From NCBI GenBank assembly GCA_038727515.1, contig JAVYVS010000003.1:64001-128000 (forward strand): 64,000 nt of DNA, written 5' to 3'. The notes beneath the pieces are model-generated. The model saw only the letters and a program-made list of their open reading frames with translations. It did no database searches and was not told the origin of the DNA. The DNA is from Candidatus Methanomethylicia archaeon (lineage in GTDB: Archaea > Thermoproteota > Methanomethylicia > Culexarchaeales > Culexarchaeaceae). This document shows positions 14,055 to 24,028 of this stretch, piece by piece. A program made the position numbers and the translations under genes. Numbering within the stretch: position 1 is the stretch's first letter; each line of letters begins with the position of its first letter.

Positions 14055-14476
14055 AATTAACTATAGATGAAATGCATTATATATCATTGTTTGAGAGTTT
14101 AACTGGAGCTGTAACTAAAGATTGCATTTTAGATGATAAAAATGATAGAGTAATATTCATAGTTAGACAAGGAGATATGGGTTTAGCCATAGGGAAGGGA
14201 GGCGTAAACATAAAGAGGATAAAAGACATAATAAACAAGAATATTGAAGTTGTAGAATACGCAGAAGATCCAGAAACCCTAATAAAACATGCATTTCTAC
14301 CTGCAAGAGTAAAAGCAGTAAAGATAACAAAGACACCAGATAATGAAAAGATAGCATACGTAACTGTAGATCCACAAGATAAAGGTATAGCAATTGGCAA
14401 AAATGGGAAAAATATTTTAAAGGTAAAATTAATTGCTAAAAGATACTTCGACATAGAGAAAATTGTAATGGTATAA
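14042..14476 (+). CDS. nusA: Archaeal NusA transcription factor, probable ATC start
   Basis: Two KH domains (AIGKGG, AIGKNG); the family-like N-terminus PSIKLTIDE lies upstream of the first ATG (14072). Confidence 0.93.
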   Translation: MPSIKLTIDEMHYISLFESLTGAVTKDCILDDKNDRVIFIVRQGDMGLAIGKGGVNIKRIKDIINKNIEVVEYAEDPETLIKHAFLPARVKAVKITKTPDNEKIAYVTVDPQDKGIAIGKNGKNILKVKLIAKRYFDIEKIVMV

Positions 14477-14509
14477 AATTTATTTACTTTAAGAATATAA
14501 TTGTAGTAC

Positions 14510-15232
14510 ATGATTGAAGGAGATAAATATATATCCAAAAAAGCTTTAGTAAGCAACGTTACTTTTGAAGGCTCATGTGTAATACTCGGTCAAACAAGAA
14601 TAGGTTCTAACACATTCATTGGATGTAGAAGTATAATTGGATATCCAAAGAGAACTTCCATTAAAAAACTAATTTCAGAAAAGAATGTTAATTGGTCATC
14701 CTATGATGAAGTAAGTATAGGTGCAACAATAGGAGAAAATAGTATACTGCGTTCTGAAACCATAATATATGAGGATGTGGATATTGGAAGAGAATTCGAG
14801 GGGGGACATAGGATATTAATAAGGGAGGGAACAAGAATCGGTATAAATGTAAAAGTGGGAACAAACACTGTTATTGATGGAAATGTAATTATTGGTGACC
14901 ATGTAAACATTCAAACTGCAGTGTATATACCCCCGAAATGTATAATAGAGGATCACGTATTTATAGCCCCAAGAGTTTGTTTTACAAATGATAAATACCC
15001 TCCAAGTAAAAGATTGGAGGGGGTTATAGTTAAGAAGGGGGCTATTTTAGGTGCTAATTGTACATTAATCTCTGGAGTAACTATAGGTGAGGGAGCTGTT
15101 GTTGCTGCTGGAGCTGTTGTTACAAGAAATGTTCCAGACTATTCTGTAGTAGCTGGAGTTCCTGCAAAAGTAATTTCAAGTAGAGAAGATTTTGAGAATA
15201 AGAAATCAGTTTGGGAAAAGTTATTTATCTAA
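14510..15232 (+). CDS. Hexapeptide-repeat (left-handed beta-helix) acyltransferase
   Basis: Repeated [IV]G hexapeptides, FTNDKYP and VAGVPAKVI motifs. Confidence 0.88.
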   Translation: MIEGDKYISKKALVSNVTFEGSCVILGQTRIGSNTFIGCRSIIGYPKRTSIKKLISEKNVNWSSYDEVSIGATIGENSILRSETIIYEDVDIGREFEGGHRILIREGTRIGINVKVGTNTVIDGNVIIGDHVNIQTAVYIPPKCIIEDHVFIAPRVCFTNDKYPPSKRLEGVIVKKGAILGANCTLISGVTIGEGAVVAAGAVVTRNVPDYSVVAGVPAKVISSREDFENKKSVWEKLFI

Positions 15233-15665
15233 GTGGCTTTTGCTTTTTACCCTTCAATAAAGCATCTAATGATACACCATTAACTTTAATAACTTTGTAT
15301 CTAACTCCCGGCAAATCTCCATAAGCTTTACCCATGGGTCCACCTATTCCTTCTATCACCACTTCATCATGTTCTTCAATAAAGTTTAATGAACCATCCT
15401 TAGGTAAGAAAGCGGTAACCTGCTTACCATTTTTTATTAATTGCACCCTTACACATTTCCTAACAGCAGAGTTAGGCTGTCTACTCTCAATTCCAACTTT
15501 TTCAATAACAATTCCTCTCGCTTGCGGCGCCCCTTCTAAGGGATCTGCTTTTACATCCAACATAAGCATTCTTCTCTTATAATCCCTCTGCTTCCATCTA
15601 AACTTCTTCCTTTTTTCACGAAGCTTTCTAGCAGCATAAAGACCTTTAGGAGACTTAGAACCCAA
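15225..15665 (-). CDS. rps12: 30S ribosomal protein S12 (uS12)
   Basis: [12 protein letters not shown] and [15 protein letters not shown] motifs; TTG start after AGGTGAG. Confidence 0.97.
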   Translation of the reverse strand: MGSKSPKGLYAARKLREKRKKFRWKQRDYKRRMLMLDVKADPLEGAPQARGIVIEKVGIESRQPNSAVRKCVRVQLIKNGKQVTAFLPKDGSLNFIEEHDEVVIEGIGGPMGKAYGDLPGVRYKVIKVNGVSLDALLKGKKQKPLR

Positions 15666-15749
15666 ATTCTCACCTATAATGCTATTATTCTCCAAAATAT
15701 GCACACTTAAATATTTTTCTCTAGAAATAAAAGGAAGAAAAAAGGGGGA

Positions 15750-16709
15750 TTATATGTTTTCACATCTACTCTTTAGATCTTCCCACACAGCATCAACGTA
15801 CTCTTGTAATCTCTTTATTAATGGTTGATTTTGTGGTGTAAATAAATGACTAAATCTACCTTGAACTTTTAAGAACTCTTCAATAGGTTTCTTTAAACTT
15901 GGATTCTTTGCTATCATTAAACTTCTATCAGTTAATCTATAAACACCATTATCATATTCCCAGAGTGGGAAGTAACATGTGTCAACAGCTTTCTTACATA
16001 TCTCAATAGTTATAGATTCACTATGTCTCCAACCTCTTGGACATGGAGATAATGCATGAATAAATGTTGGACCATTAACTTCAATAGCTTTTCTAGCTTT
16101 TCTAATTAGATCGAGGTAATGTGCTGGTGTTGCTGTAGCAACATATGGAATTTTGTGAGCAACAACTATATCAGCTATTGGCTTTTTATTTTCGCTTTTA
16201 CCAGGAATAACTTTTCCAGCAGGTGTGGTGGTTGTTGAAGCACCTAAAGGTGTACCACCACTCCTCTGAATACCTGTATTCATATAAGCTTCATTATCAA
16301 GCAATACATATAGGAAATCATGCCCTCTCTCTAATGCACCACTTAAAGCTTGTATACCTATATCATATGTTCCACCATCACCAGCAAATGCTATAACATC
16401 TATATTCTCATATTTTGATATCCCCTTCTTATGCAATATCTTTGATGCAGCTTCTATTCCTGAAGCTACAGCTGCAACATTTTCAAATGCCACATGAATC
16501 CATGGAATATTCCAAGAGGTATATGGATAGATCGTAGTGGAAACTTCAAGGCAACCAGTAGCTGTAGCGACGATCGTTGGACCTCTAATGGCAAGAAGCA
16601 CTTGTTTCACTATTATTGGTTCAGCACAACCAGCACATAATCTATGCCCAGATAAAATACCTAAAGGACTCTTAGCAGCTTCTCTAATATTAAATCTAAA
16701 CATACTCAT
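15750..16709 (-). CDS. porB: Pyruvate/2-oxoacid:ferredoxin oxidoreductase beta subunit
   Basis: GHRLCAGC; TPP-binding GDGG...DNEAYMNTG. Confidence 0.93.
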   Translation of the reverse strand: MSMFRFNIREAAKSPLGILSGHRLCAGCAEPIIVKQVLLAIRGPTIVATATGCLEVSTTIYPYTSWNIPWIHVAFENVAAVASGIEAASKILHKKGISKYENIDVIAFAGDGGTYDIGIQALSGALERGHDFLYVLLDNEAYMNTGIQRSGGTPLGASTTTTPAGKVIPGKSENKKPIADIVVAHKIPYVATATPAHYLDLIRKARKAIEVNGPTFIHALSPCPRGWRHSESITIEICKKAVDTCYFPLWEYDNGVYRLTDRSLMIAKNPSLKKPIEEFLKVQGRFSHLFTPQNQPLIKRLQEYVDAVWEDLKSRCENI

Positions 16710-16710
16710 G

Positions 16711-17919
16711 TCATCTCACCCCAAGGAATTTTACTTCTCCACATTCTAGATTTGGTAATTCTTCAAACATTTTTTCAATCAACTTCGGAGGAGTATCTCT
16801 CCCTCCAAGACCATAAATGTAATTAACAATCTTCGGTCTCTTTTTCTCATTATAAAAGGCTGCTTGAGTTTCTACAAAAACTGGACCGCCAATACTTCCA
16901 TAAGCTCCACTCCTATCCATGACACAAACAATTTCAACATTTCTCAAAGCTTTCACAATTTCTTTAGAGGGAAAAGGTCTAAATGTTCTAAGCCTCAATA
17001 AACCCACCCTTTTACCTTCCCTTCTAAGCTTTTTAACAACATATCTAACAGTTCCAGCAGTTGAACCAAGAACTATAACGGCTATTTCAGAATCTTCTAA
17101 TCCATAGCAATCAATAAGTCCATCACCATATCTCCTACCACTTATCTCAGCATATTCGTCATGTACTTTCCTTATCACATTCCTTGAGTTTTCTATTGCA
17201 TCATGTTGCTGAACTTTATGCTCAAAATAATAATCATATAAGTCAAGTGCACCAAAAGTTAATGGTATTTCTGGATTAAGAATCATTGGAACTTTACCCA
17301 AATTTGGAATTTCTATTTCTTTAGCCTTTCTAATCCCAACAAATTTTTTAACAACATCATCTGAAAGCAATTCAACATTCTGTAAAGTGTGACTTATTTG
17401 AAAACCATCTATTGTAACCATTACTGGTAATTGAACATCTTCATGTTCAGCTATTCTAAAAGCTTGAATTGTAGTATCATAAGCTTCTTGAGCATCTTCA
17501 CAATATATTTGAATCCAACAGGAATCTCTACAACCCATACTATCACTATGATCACAATGTATATTTATAGGTGCAGATAAAGCTCTATTTACAACAGCCA
17601 TAACTATTGGAAGTCTAAGCCCAGAAGCTATGTATAAAAGTTCCCACATAAGTGCTAATCCTTGCGAAGATGTAGCTGTGAATGTTCTTGCACCTAAAGC
17701 TGAAGCTCCTATGCAAACACTTAATGCTGAATGTTCAGATTCCACTGGAACAAATGCACAATTAACTTCACCATCAGCAACAAACTCTGAAAACTTTTCC
17801 ACAATAATAGTCTGTGGGGTTATCGGATATGCGGATACCACATCTACATCACATTGTTTCACAGCATATGCAATAGCTTCATTACCATTAAGTCCCATTA
17901 AAACCTTGTTTTCATACAT
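16711..17919 (-). CDS. porA: Pyruvate/2-oxoacid:ferredoxin oxidoreductase alpha subunit
   Basis: AYPITPQT, ESEHSA and YGLGGRD motifs. Confidence 0.93.
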   Translation of the reverse strand: MYENKVLMGLNGNEAIAYAVKQCDVDVVSAYPITPQTIIVEKFSEFVADGEVNCAFVPVESEHSALSVCIGASALGARTFTATSSQGLALMWELLYIASGLRLPIVMAVVNRALSAPINIHCDHSDSMGCRDSCWIQIYCEDAQEAYDTTIQAFRIAEHEDVQLPVMVTIDGFQISHTLQNVELLSDDVVKKFVGIRKAKEIEIPNLGKVPMILNPEIPLTFGALDLYDYYFEHKVQQHDAIENSRNVIRKVHDEYAEISGRRYGDGLIDCYGLEDSEIAVIVLGSTAGTVRYVVKKLRREGKRVGLLRLRTFRPFPSKEIVKALRNVEIVCVMDRSGAYGSIGGPVFVETQAAFYNEKKRPKIVNYIYGLGGRDTPPKLIEKMFEELPNLECGEVKFLGVR

Positions 17920-17922
17920 TTT

Positions 17923-18192
17923 TCACACCCTCACCATACTTATACATTTAACGGGACACTCATTAGCACAAATACCACATCCTTTACAATAATCATATTT
18001 TTCATAAACCTTTTCACCATCCCATCCTATAGCCATATCTGGACATAAAATCCAACACATTAAACACTTTGTACATTTACTTTGATCGATTTTAGGTTTA
18101 AATGGAGACCAATCACCAGTTTTATTTTCCAATGAAGACTTCCAGGCAACACCGCCTATTGGTATCTCCCTCCAACTTCTAAGTTCACTCAA
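17923..18192 (-). CDS. porD: 2-oxoacid:ferredoxin oxidoreductase delta subunit (2x[4Fe-4S])
   Basis: CTKCLMCWILCP and CKGCGICANECP; TTG start after GAGGTG. Confidence 0.93.
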   Translation of the reverse strand: MSELRSWREIPIGGVAWKSSLENKTGDWSPFKPKIDQSKCTKCLMCWILCPDMAIGWDGEKVYEKYDYCKGCGICANECPVKCISMVRV

Positions 18193-18748
18193 TTTTCCCA
18201 CCTCTCGTCTCATTATATGCTTTCTCCACAACTTTAATGTTAAGTTCAGCTATTTTAGGTGGAAATCTCTCCCTTAAAACTTGATAAATACTATTTAAAC
18301 TCACAATCCCACTAACTCTTATTAATGCACCTATCATAGCGGTATTTGTTACTGGTCTACCAATAATTTCTATTGCTATTTCAGTTGCAGGAGTTGTATA
18401 TACATGAAAACTACGAGAAACCTTCAAAACTTCAGCCATTTTTAATGGGGATTCACTTGAGTTTATCAGTATCTTACCATTTTCCTTTAAACCTTGAGTT
18501 ACAGAAATTGATTGTAATAATGAGCTATCCAATACAATCACTATGTCAGGTTCATAGATGTTACAATGCACTTCAATAGGTTCTTCACTTATCCTTGTAA
18601 ACGCCATTACTGGTGCACCCATTCTTTCAGGACCAAATGTAGGGAATGACTGAACATATTTCCCTTCTTTCAATGCCGCTTGAGCAAGTATATTACTGGC
18701 AGTCCAAGCACCTTGTCCACCTCTACCATGCCACACTATCTCCAACAA
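18185..18748 (-). CDS. porG: 2-oxoacid:ferredoxin oxidoreductase gamma subunit
   Basis: HGRGGQG and FGPERMGAP motifs. Confidence 0.93.
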   Translation of the reverse strand: MLEIVWHGRGGQGAWTASNILAQAALKEGKYVQSFPTFGPERMGAPVMAFTRISEEPIEVHCNIYEPDIVIVLDSSLLQSISVTQGLKENGKILINSSESPLKMAEVLKVSRSFHVYTTPATEIAIEIIGRPVTNTAMIGALIRVSGIVSLNSIYQVLRERFPPKIAELNIKVVEKAYNETRGGKIE

Positions 18749-18892
18749 ACCATATAACACCTCACAATTTTCTACACTTCACCATATAGTTAGATGGCTT
18801 TAAATCTTTCTAAATAAACATTAATAACATGAAATCAACAAAATTTAAATTTATAATTTAGTATTTTGAATGAATGTTGAGTGATGTGAAAT

Positions 18893-19471
18893 ATGTGTGC
18901 ACTTGAAACAGAAATAAAACTCTTTGATAAATGGAGTTTTAATGGAGTTGAAGTTAGAGATCCAGGATTAAAAAGGTACATATCTCTAAAACCAGTTTAT
19001 ATACCACACACTGGAGGTAGACATGAACATAAAAGATTTGGAAAAGCAGAAGTACCCATAGTAGAGAGATTAATAAATAAATTAATGAGACCTGGGAAAA
19101 ATATGGGGAAAAAACACTTAGCAACAAACATAGTTAAACAAGCATTTGAAATAATACATTTAAGAACTGGAGAAAACCCTATACAAGTTCTTATAAGAGC
19201 TATAGAAAACTCAGCACCAAGAGAAGAAACTACGAGGATAATGTATGGTGGAATTGTTTATCATCAATCAGTAGATGTATCACCACTTAGAAGACTAAAT
19301 CTATCATTAAAATTCATAACCGAAGGGGCAAGGGCAGCATCCTTTGGAAACCCAAAGAGTATAGAAGAAGCTTTAGCCGATGAAATAATTAAAGCGGCAA
19401 ATGCAGATTCATCTTCATATGCGATACAGAAGAAGGAGGAAATAGAACGTATAGCTTTAGCCTCTAGATAA
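18893..19471 (+). CDS. rps7: 30S ribosomal protein S7 (uS7)
   Basis: [15 protein letters not shown] and KKEEIERIA motifs. Confidence 0.97.
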   Translation: MCALETEIKLFDKWSFNGVEVRDPGLKRYISLKPVYIPHTGGRHEHKRFGKAEVPIVERLINKLMRPGKNMGKKHLATNIVKQAFEIIHLRTGENPIQVLIRAIENSAPREETTRIMYGGIVYHQSVDVSPLRRLNLSLKFITEGARAASFGNPKSIEEALADEIIKAANADSSSYAIQKKEEIERIALASR

Positions 19472-19545
19472 AAATCAATATTATAGACCGCAAAAAACTT
19501 AAATATGGAAATAATTCACTAATTTGCAAGGAGGAAGGTAAAAAT

Positions 19546-20835
19546 ATGTCCGAAAAACCGCACTTAAACCTCATAATCATAGGACACGTAGACCATGGAA
19601 AAAGTACAACAATGGGTCACCTACTATATATAACTGGAAATGTAGATGAGCGAACCATGAAGACATTGGAAGAGGAATCTACAAAGATTGGAAAAGGATC
19701 ATTCAAATTTGCATGGGTTATGGATAAATTAAAGGAAGAAAGAGAAAGGGGATTGACGATAGATTTATCATTCTGGAGATTTGAGACCCCAAAATACTAC
19801 TTCACTATAATTGATGCACCAGGACATAGAGACTTCGTTAAAAACATGATTACAGGAGCTTCACAAGCAGATGCAGCTATACTAGTGGTATCTGCAAAGA
19901 AAGGTGAATATGAAGCAGGAATGGGTGCTGCAGGACAAACGAGAGAGCATGCATTCCTAGCTAAAACGTTAGGTATAGATCAAATAGTTGTTGCAATAAA
20001 CAAAATGGATGATCCAACAGTAAATTACAGCAAGGAGAGATATGAAGAAGTTAAAGGGGGGGTAGGAAAGTTCCTTAGAATGATAGGATACGATATAAAT
20101 AAGGTGGATTTCGTACCAATTTCAGGATGGTATGGAGATAACTTAGTAGTTAGAAGTGATAAAATGCCATGGTATAATGGACCTACATTAGTTGAAGCAT
20201 TAGATAAATTCACAGAACCACCAAGACCAATAGATAAACCACTTAGAATACCAATACAAGACGTTTATACAATTTCTGGAGTAGGGACTGTGCCAGTTGG
20301 CCGTGTGGAAACAGGAGTATTAAAAGTTGGCGATGTAGTACTATTTTTACCAGAAAAGAAGACGGGTGAAGTGAGAAGTATAGAGATGCATCATCAACCA
20401 CTCCAGAAAGCTATACCTGGAGACAATATAGGATTCAATGTAAGAGGAGTTTCAAGAGAAGATATAAGAAGAGGACATGTATGCTGCCATCCAACAAACC
20501 CAGTTAAAGTAGCTAAATCATTTATTGGAAGAATATTCGTATTATATCATCCAACAGCAATAGCAGCAGGATATACTCCAGTTCTACACATACACACAGC
20601 TACAGTAGCTGTTAGATTTGATCAAATACTAAAGAAGATAGATCCAAGATCTGGAGCTACAATAGAAGAAAATCCAGCATTCATAAAGCAAGGAGATGCA
20701 GCAATAGTTAAATTTGTACCATTAAAACCAGTTTGTCTAGAGAAATATTCAGATATACCACAACTTGGTAGATTTGCGATAAGAGATATGGGAAGAACAA
20801 TAGCTGCTGGAATAGTTATGGAAATTGAAGAATAA
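19546..20835 (+). CDS. tuf: Elongation factor 1-alpha
   Basis: GHVDHGKST, DAPGHRDF and NKMD motifs. Confidence 0.98.
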   Translation: MSEKPHLNLIIIGHVDHGKSTTMGHLLYITGNVDERTMKTLEEESTKIGKGSFKFAWVMDKLKEERERGLTIDLSFWRFETPKYYFTIIDAPGHRDFVKNMITGASQADAAILVVSAKKGEYEAGMGAAGQTREHAFLAKTLGIDQIVVAINKMDDPTVNYSKERYEEVKGGVGKFLRMIGYDINKVDFVPISGWYGDNLVVRSDKMPWYNGPTLVEALDKFTEPPRPIDKPLRIPIQDVYTISGVGTVPVGRVETGVLKVGDVVLFLPEKKTGEVRSIEMHHQPLQKAIPGDNIGFNVRGVSREDIRRGHVCCHPTNPVKVAKSFIGRIFVLYHPTAIAAGYTPVLHIHTATVAVRFDQILKKIDPRSGATIEENPAFIKQGDAAIVKFVPLKPVCLEKYSDIPQLGRFAIRDMGRTIAAGIVMEIEE

Positions 20836-20869
20836 GAGATTTATAGACTACTGACGCTAGGTGACTTCA

Positions 20870-21178
20870 ATGGTTAGAAGAGCTAGAATAAGGCTTTCAA
20901 GTAACGACTATAAGAAATTAATGGAAGTATGTGAAGAAATAAAAAGAATAGCTACCACCACTGGTGTTCGAATGTCAGGTCCTATACCACTTCCAACAAA
21001 AAGACTTTTAATACCAGTCATGAGAACACCATGTGGAGATGGTACAAAGACTTGGGATAAGTATGAAATGAGGATACATAAGAGGATAATAGATTTAGAT
21101 GCAGATGAAAGAACAATGCGACAAATTATGAGGATAAGAGTTCCACAAGAAGTAAAGATAGAAATAGAATTAACTTAA
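20870..21178 (+). CDS. rps10: 30S ribosomal protein S10 (uS10)
   Basis: GPIPLPT and MRIHKRIID motifs; ATG after AGGTGA. Confidence 0.97.
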   Translation: MVRRARIRLSSNDYKKLMEVCEEIKRIATTTGVRMSGPIPLPTKRLLIPVMRTPCGDGTKTWDKYEMRIHKRIIDLDADERTMRQIMRIRVPQEVKIEIELT

Positions 21179-21277
21179 ATTTTTAAATAATACTTAATAA
21201 CCTTTATTTTAAGTATTATATTATTATTTTTCTAAACTTTTTATCGAGTATAGTAAAAGATTCTAGAATTATTATAG

Positions 21278-21377
21278 CGCCGGGGGCGGGATTCGAACCC
21301 GCGCGGCCTTAAAGACCATCGGCTTTTTACGTTATACATAGCAAGCCGACGCCCTAACCAGACTAGGCGACCCCGGC
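21278..21377 (-). tRNA. tRNA-Ser(GCT) with 14-nt intron at 37/38 (21325-21338)
   Basis: TCGGC-TT-GCT-A[TGTATAACGTAAAA]A-GCCGA; long variable arm; BHB helix TTGC/GTAA. Confidence 0.93.
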
Positions 21378-21439
21378 CTACTATAGTTTTTGTAAAAAGT
21401 TTCTTTTATCTATTTCCTTCACATTATACTAATTAAGAT

Positions 21440-22405
21440 ATGAAGAGAACTGTTGTGGATTTATTCTGTGGGTGTGGAGGATTTTCTAGAGGATTCCTAG
21501 AAGAAGGCTTTGATATTGTATTGGGTATTGATATTGATGTGAAAGCTTCAAAGTCATTTTCAGAAAATTTCCCAAAGGCAGTGATATTGCAAGCAGATAT
21601 AAGAGAGATTCATGGAGGGGAGATTAGTAAAGTTATTGGTGAACCTCCAGACGTAGTTATCGGTAGCCCACCATGTGAACCCTTTACACCAGCTAACCCT
21701 AAAAGAATGGAAAATGAATTAGATAGATTATATACTGATGAAATTGGTATTCTTACACTACATTTTATACGTTTAGTTGGAGAATTAAACCCAAAGATAT
21801 TCATTATGGAAAATGTTCCACAATTAGTTGAGGGAGAATTAGATTATTTCATAAGGTGGGAGTTCAGTAGGATCGGTTATAAAGAAATTTATTTAAATAT
21901 TTTAAGAGCAGAACAATTTGATACACCATCAATTAGAAAGAGGTTATTCATATCAAACATACCAATAAAATTAGTTGGTAGAAAACGGAGGATAAATGTT
22001 GAAGATGCATTAAAAGGATTGGAAAACCCTATGGGAATTATAAGTTGTTTAAATCATGAAATAACTCCAATAAGTGAAAGAAAACTTAAGAAAATTGCTA
22101 GATTGAAATGGGGTGATTCTCTAATAACATTTAAGGGGGCTAATGGAAAATTTTATAGAAATTGGATTCGATTACATCCAAAAAGAGTTGCGCCAACAGT
22201 AATGGGGGGATCAAGGTTTATACACCCGTATGAAAATAGATTACTAACAGTTAGAGAACAGGCGAGACTTATGGGCTTTCCAGACGACCACGTATTTTAT
22301 GGAAAAAGAGAGGAACAATATAATCAAGTTGGAGAAGCAGTCCCACCAACAGTTTCAAGAGCCATAGCAAAATATGTAAAGAAATACCTGGAAAAGGTGG
22401 ATTAA
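21440..22405 (+). CDS. C5-cytosine methyltransferase (Dcm family)
   Basis: DLFCGCGG (motif I), SPPCEPF (IV), ENV (VI), RxR (VIII) and VGEAVPP (X). Confidence 0.92.
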   Translation: MKRTVVDLFCGCGGFSRGFLEEGFDIVLGIDIDVKASKSFSENFPKAVILQADIREIHGGEISKVIGEPPDVVIGSPPCEPFTPANPKRMENELDRLYTDEIGILTLHFIRLVGELNPKIFIMENVPQLVEGELDYFIRWEFSRIGYKEIYLNILRAEQFDTPSIRKRLFISNIPIKLVGRKRRINVEDALKGLENPMGIISCLNHEITPISERKLKKIARLKWGDSLITFKGANGKFYRNWIRLHPKRVAPTVMGGSRFIHPYENRLLTVREQARLMGFPDDHVFYGKREEQYNQVGEAVPPTVSRAIAKYVKKYLEKVD

Positions 22406-22406
22406 A

Positions 22407-22898
22407 ATGTATGAAAATGTAAAAAACCTAATAATGGTAATTCATAATATCCATTCACCGCAAAGACTAATTGAATTAGCAAAGGTATTCTATGGATTAG
22501 GGTATACAAATCTAGTTATTTCAAAAGCTGCAGGAGCAGCTGCTCAAATGGGGATACCTGAAGTACAAAAAATATCAATAAAAACTGGAGGAAAATTAAT
22601 TATAACCACAAATTTAGAGGATGCTATAGAACTTATAAAACCAAACATAATACTATTAGCTACGTATAAACCCTATGGAAAAACAGTATATAAGCCAGAG
22701 GAAATAGCGAAGAAAATTATGGAAGGATTAACCGTAATGATTGTTATTGGAGGACTTGAACCAGGACTAACTTCAAAAGAATTATCACTTGGTGAAACAA
22801 TTTATGTTAACGGTATAGAAAGTGATATAGGATGCGTTGGTTTAGCCACAATAATAATATATGAATTAAAGAAAAAAATAGGTGAACTAAACAAATAA
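22407..22898 (+). CDS. DUF2122-like protein ('RecB-family nuclease' annotation; SPOUT-like C-terminus)
   Basis: HNIHSPQRLIELAKVFYG, GAAAQMGIPEV and IGGLEPGLT; operonic with the methyltransferase. Confidence 0.65.
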   Translation: MYENVKNLIMVIHNIHSPQRLIELAKVFYGLGYTNLVISKAAGAAAQMGIPEVQKISIKTGGKLIITTNLEDAIELIKPNIILLATYKPYGKTVYKPEEIAKKIMEGLTVMIVIGGLEPGLTSKELSLGETIYVNGIESDIGCVGLATIIIYELKKKIGELNK

Positions 22899-22957
22899 TT
22901 TATACTTTTAGATCCAAAATATCCCTAAAAACCTCCATTCATTTAATCAATAAATAA

Positions 22958-23034
22958 TGGTGGGCGGGCTGGGATTTGAACCCAGGACCACCGCCGTGTC
23001 AGGGCGGTATCCTAACCAGCTAGACGACCCGCCC
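22958..23034 (-). tRNA. tRNA-Val(GAC)
   Basis: CCGCC-CT-GAC-AC-GGCGG; CCA encoded. Confidence 0.96.
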
Positions 23035-23124
23035 AATCATAACTATCTAGGTTAATTTTCATTATTAATTTTTCCCTTCAATTTACTTAAGTTTATATTT
23101 GTATGAAGATTATTGATTATTGTT

Positions 23125-23201
23125 GGGCCGGTAGCTCAGCCTGGAAGAGCATCCGCCTCGCACGCGGAGGGTCGCGGGTTCAAATCCCGCCCGGTCCACC
23201 A
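23125..23201 (+). tRNA. tRNA-Ala(CGC)
   Basis: TCCGC-CT-CGC-AC-GCGGA; G3:U70 pair; CCA encoded. Confidence 0.96.
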
Positions 23202-23251
23202 AATTTTTTAAGCGAATCCTTTTATATAAAATAGCGATTTCTCAGTTTTTC

Positions 23252-24028
23252 TTGATGTTTAGGGCTAAGTACGGGTATTTGCTTGAGGATGAGGATGTTA
23301 GGCGCTGGTTTGATAATTTGGCTGCTAAGTCTCTATTAACCGCTACGGTTTACCTTAGGAATCTCGGCCTTTACTGCAAGCTAAATGGTACTGATCCTAA
23401 GGGCATTCTTAGGGATGCTGGCTCCAAGGCCTTTAAGGATCGCTTCGCGGATTTTGTTAGGCGTTTGGAGCGTGAAGGTAAGGCCGGCTCATATATTGCT
23501 AGGTTTAAGAAGGTTTTGAATAGCTGGCTTGCCTTCAACGGCATAAATGTTAAGCTTAAGGTTAATGTTAAGGGCGAGTCTGATGCGTCAACTATCGCTA
23601 ATGAACGTGTCCCAAATAGGGAGGAGCTTGACAGGATACTTCGGATGGCTACACCTCGGGCCAGGATCTCAATCGCCCTTATAGCATTCAGCGGCTTAAA
23701 GCCCCAGACGCTGAGAAACTATGATGGCAGCTACGGGGTTAGGCTCGGCGACTTTCCAGAAGCCGAAATACGCCCAGACGGAGTAGAATTCAAGAAGGTT
23801 TCCAACAATGCTCATAGTCAGGAAGAATCTGAGCAAGACTAAGCATCAGTACTTCACCTTCGTTCTGTAGCAGACAATAACATATATTAAAGAGTACCTG
23901 GAGAAGAGGGCTGAGGCTGGCGAGAGATTAGGCAGAGATAGCCCGCTATTGGGATTCGACCCCAGGGGGATTTAAGAAGAATAGGTTTTGGAGGACCACA
24001 CTTGTGACAGAGATATTAGGAAGGCCTT
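23252..24028 (+). pseudogene. Tyrosine recombinase/site-specific integrase, disrupted and truncated
   Basis: EDVRRWFDNL...AFSGLKPQ (K where R is expected); frameshift near 23800 continues PTMLIVRKNLSKTKHQYFTF, then stops; C-terminal catalytic part missing. Confidence 0.85.
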
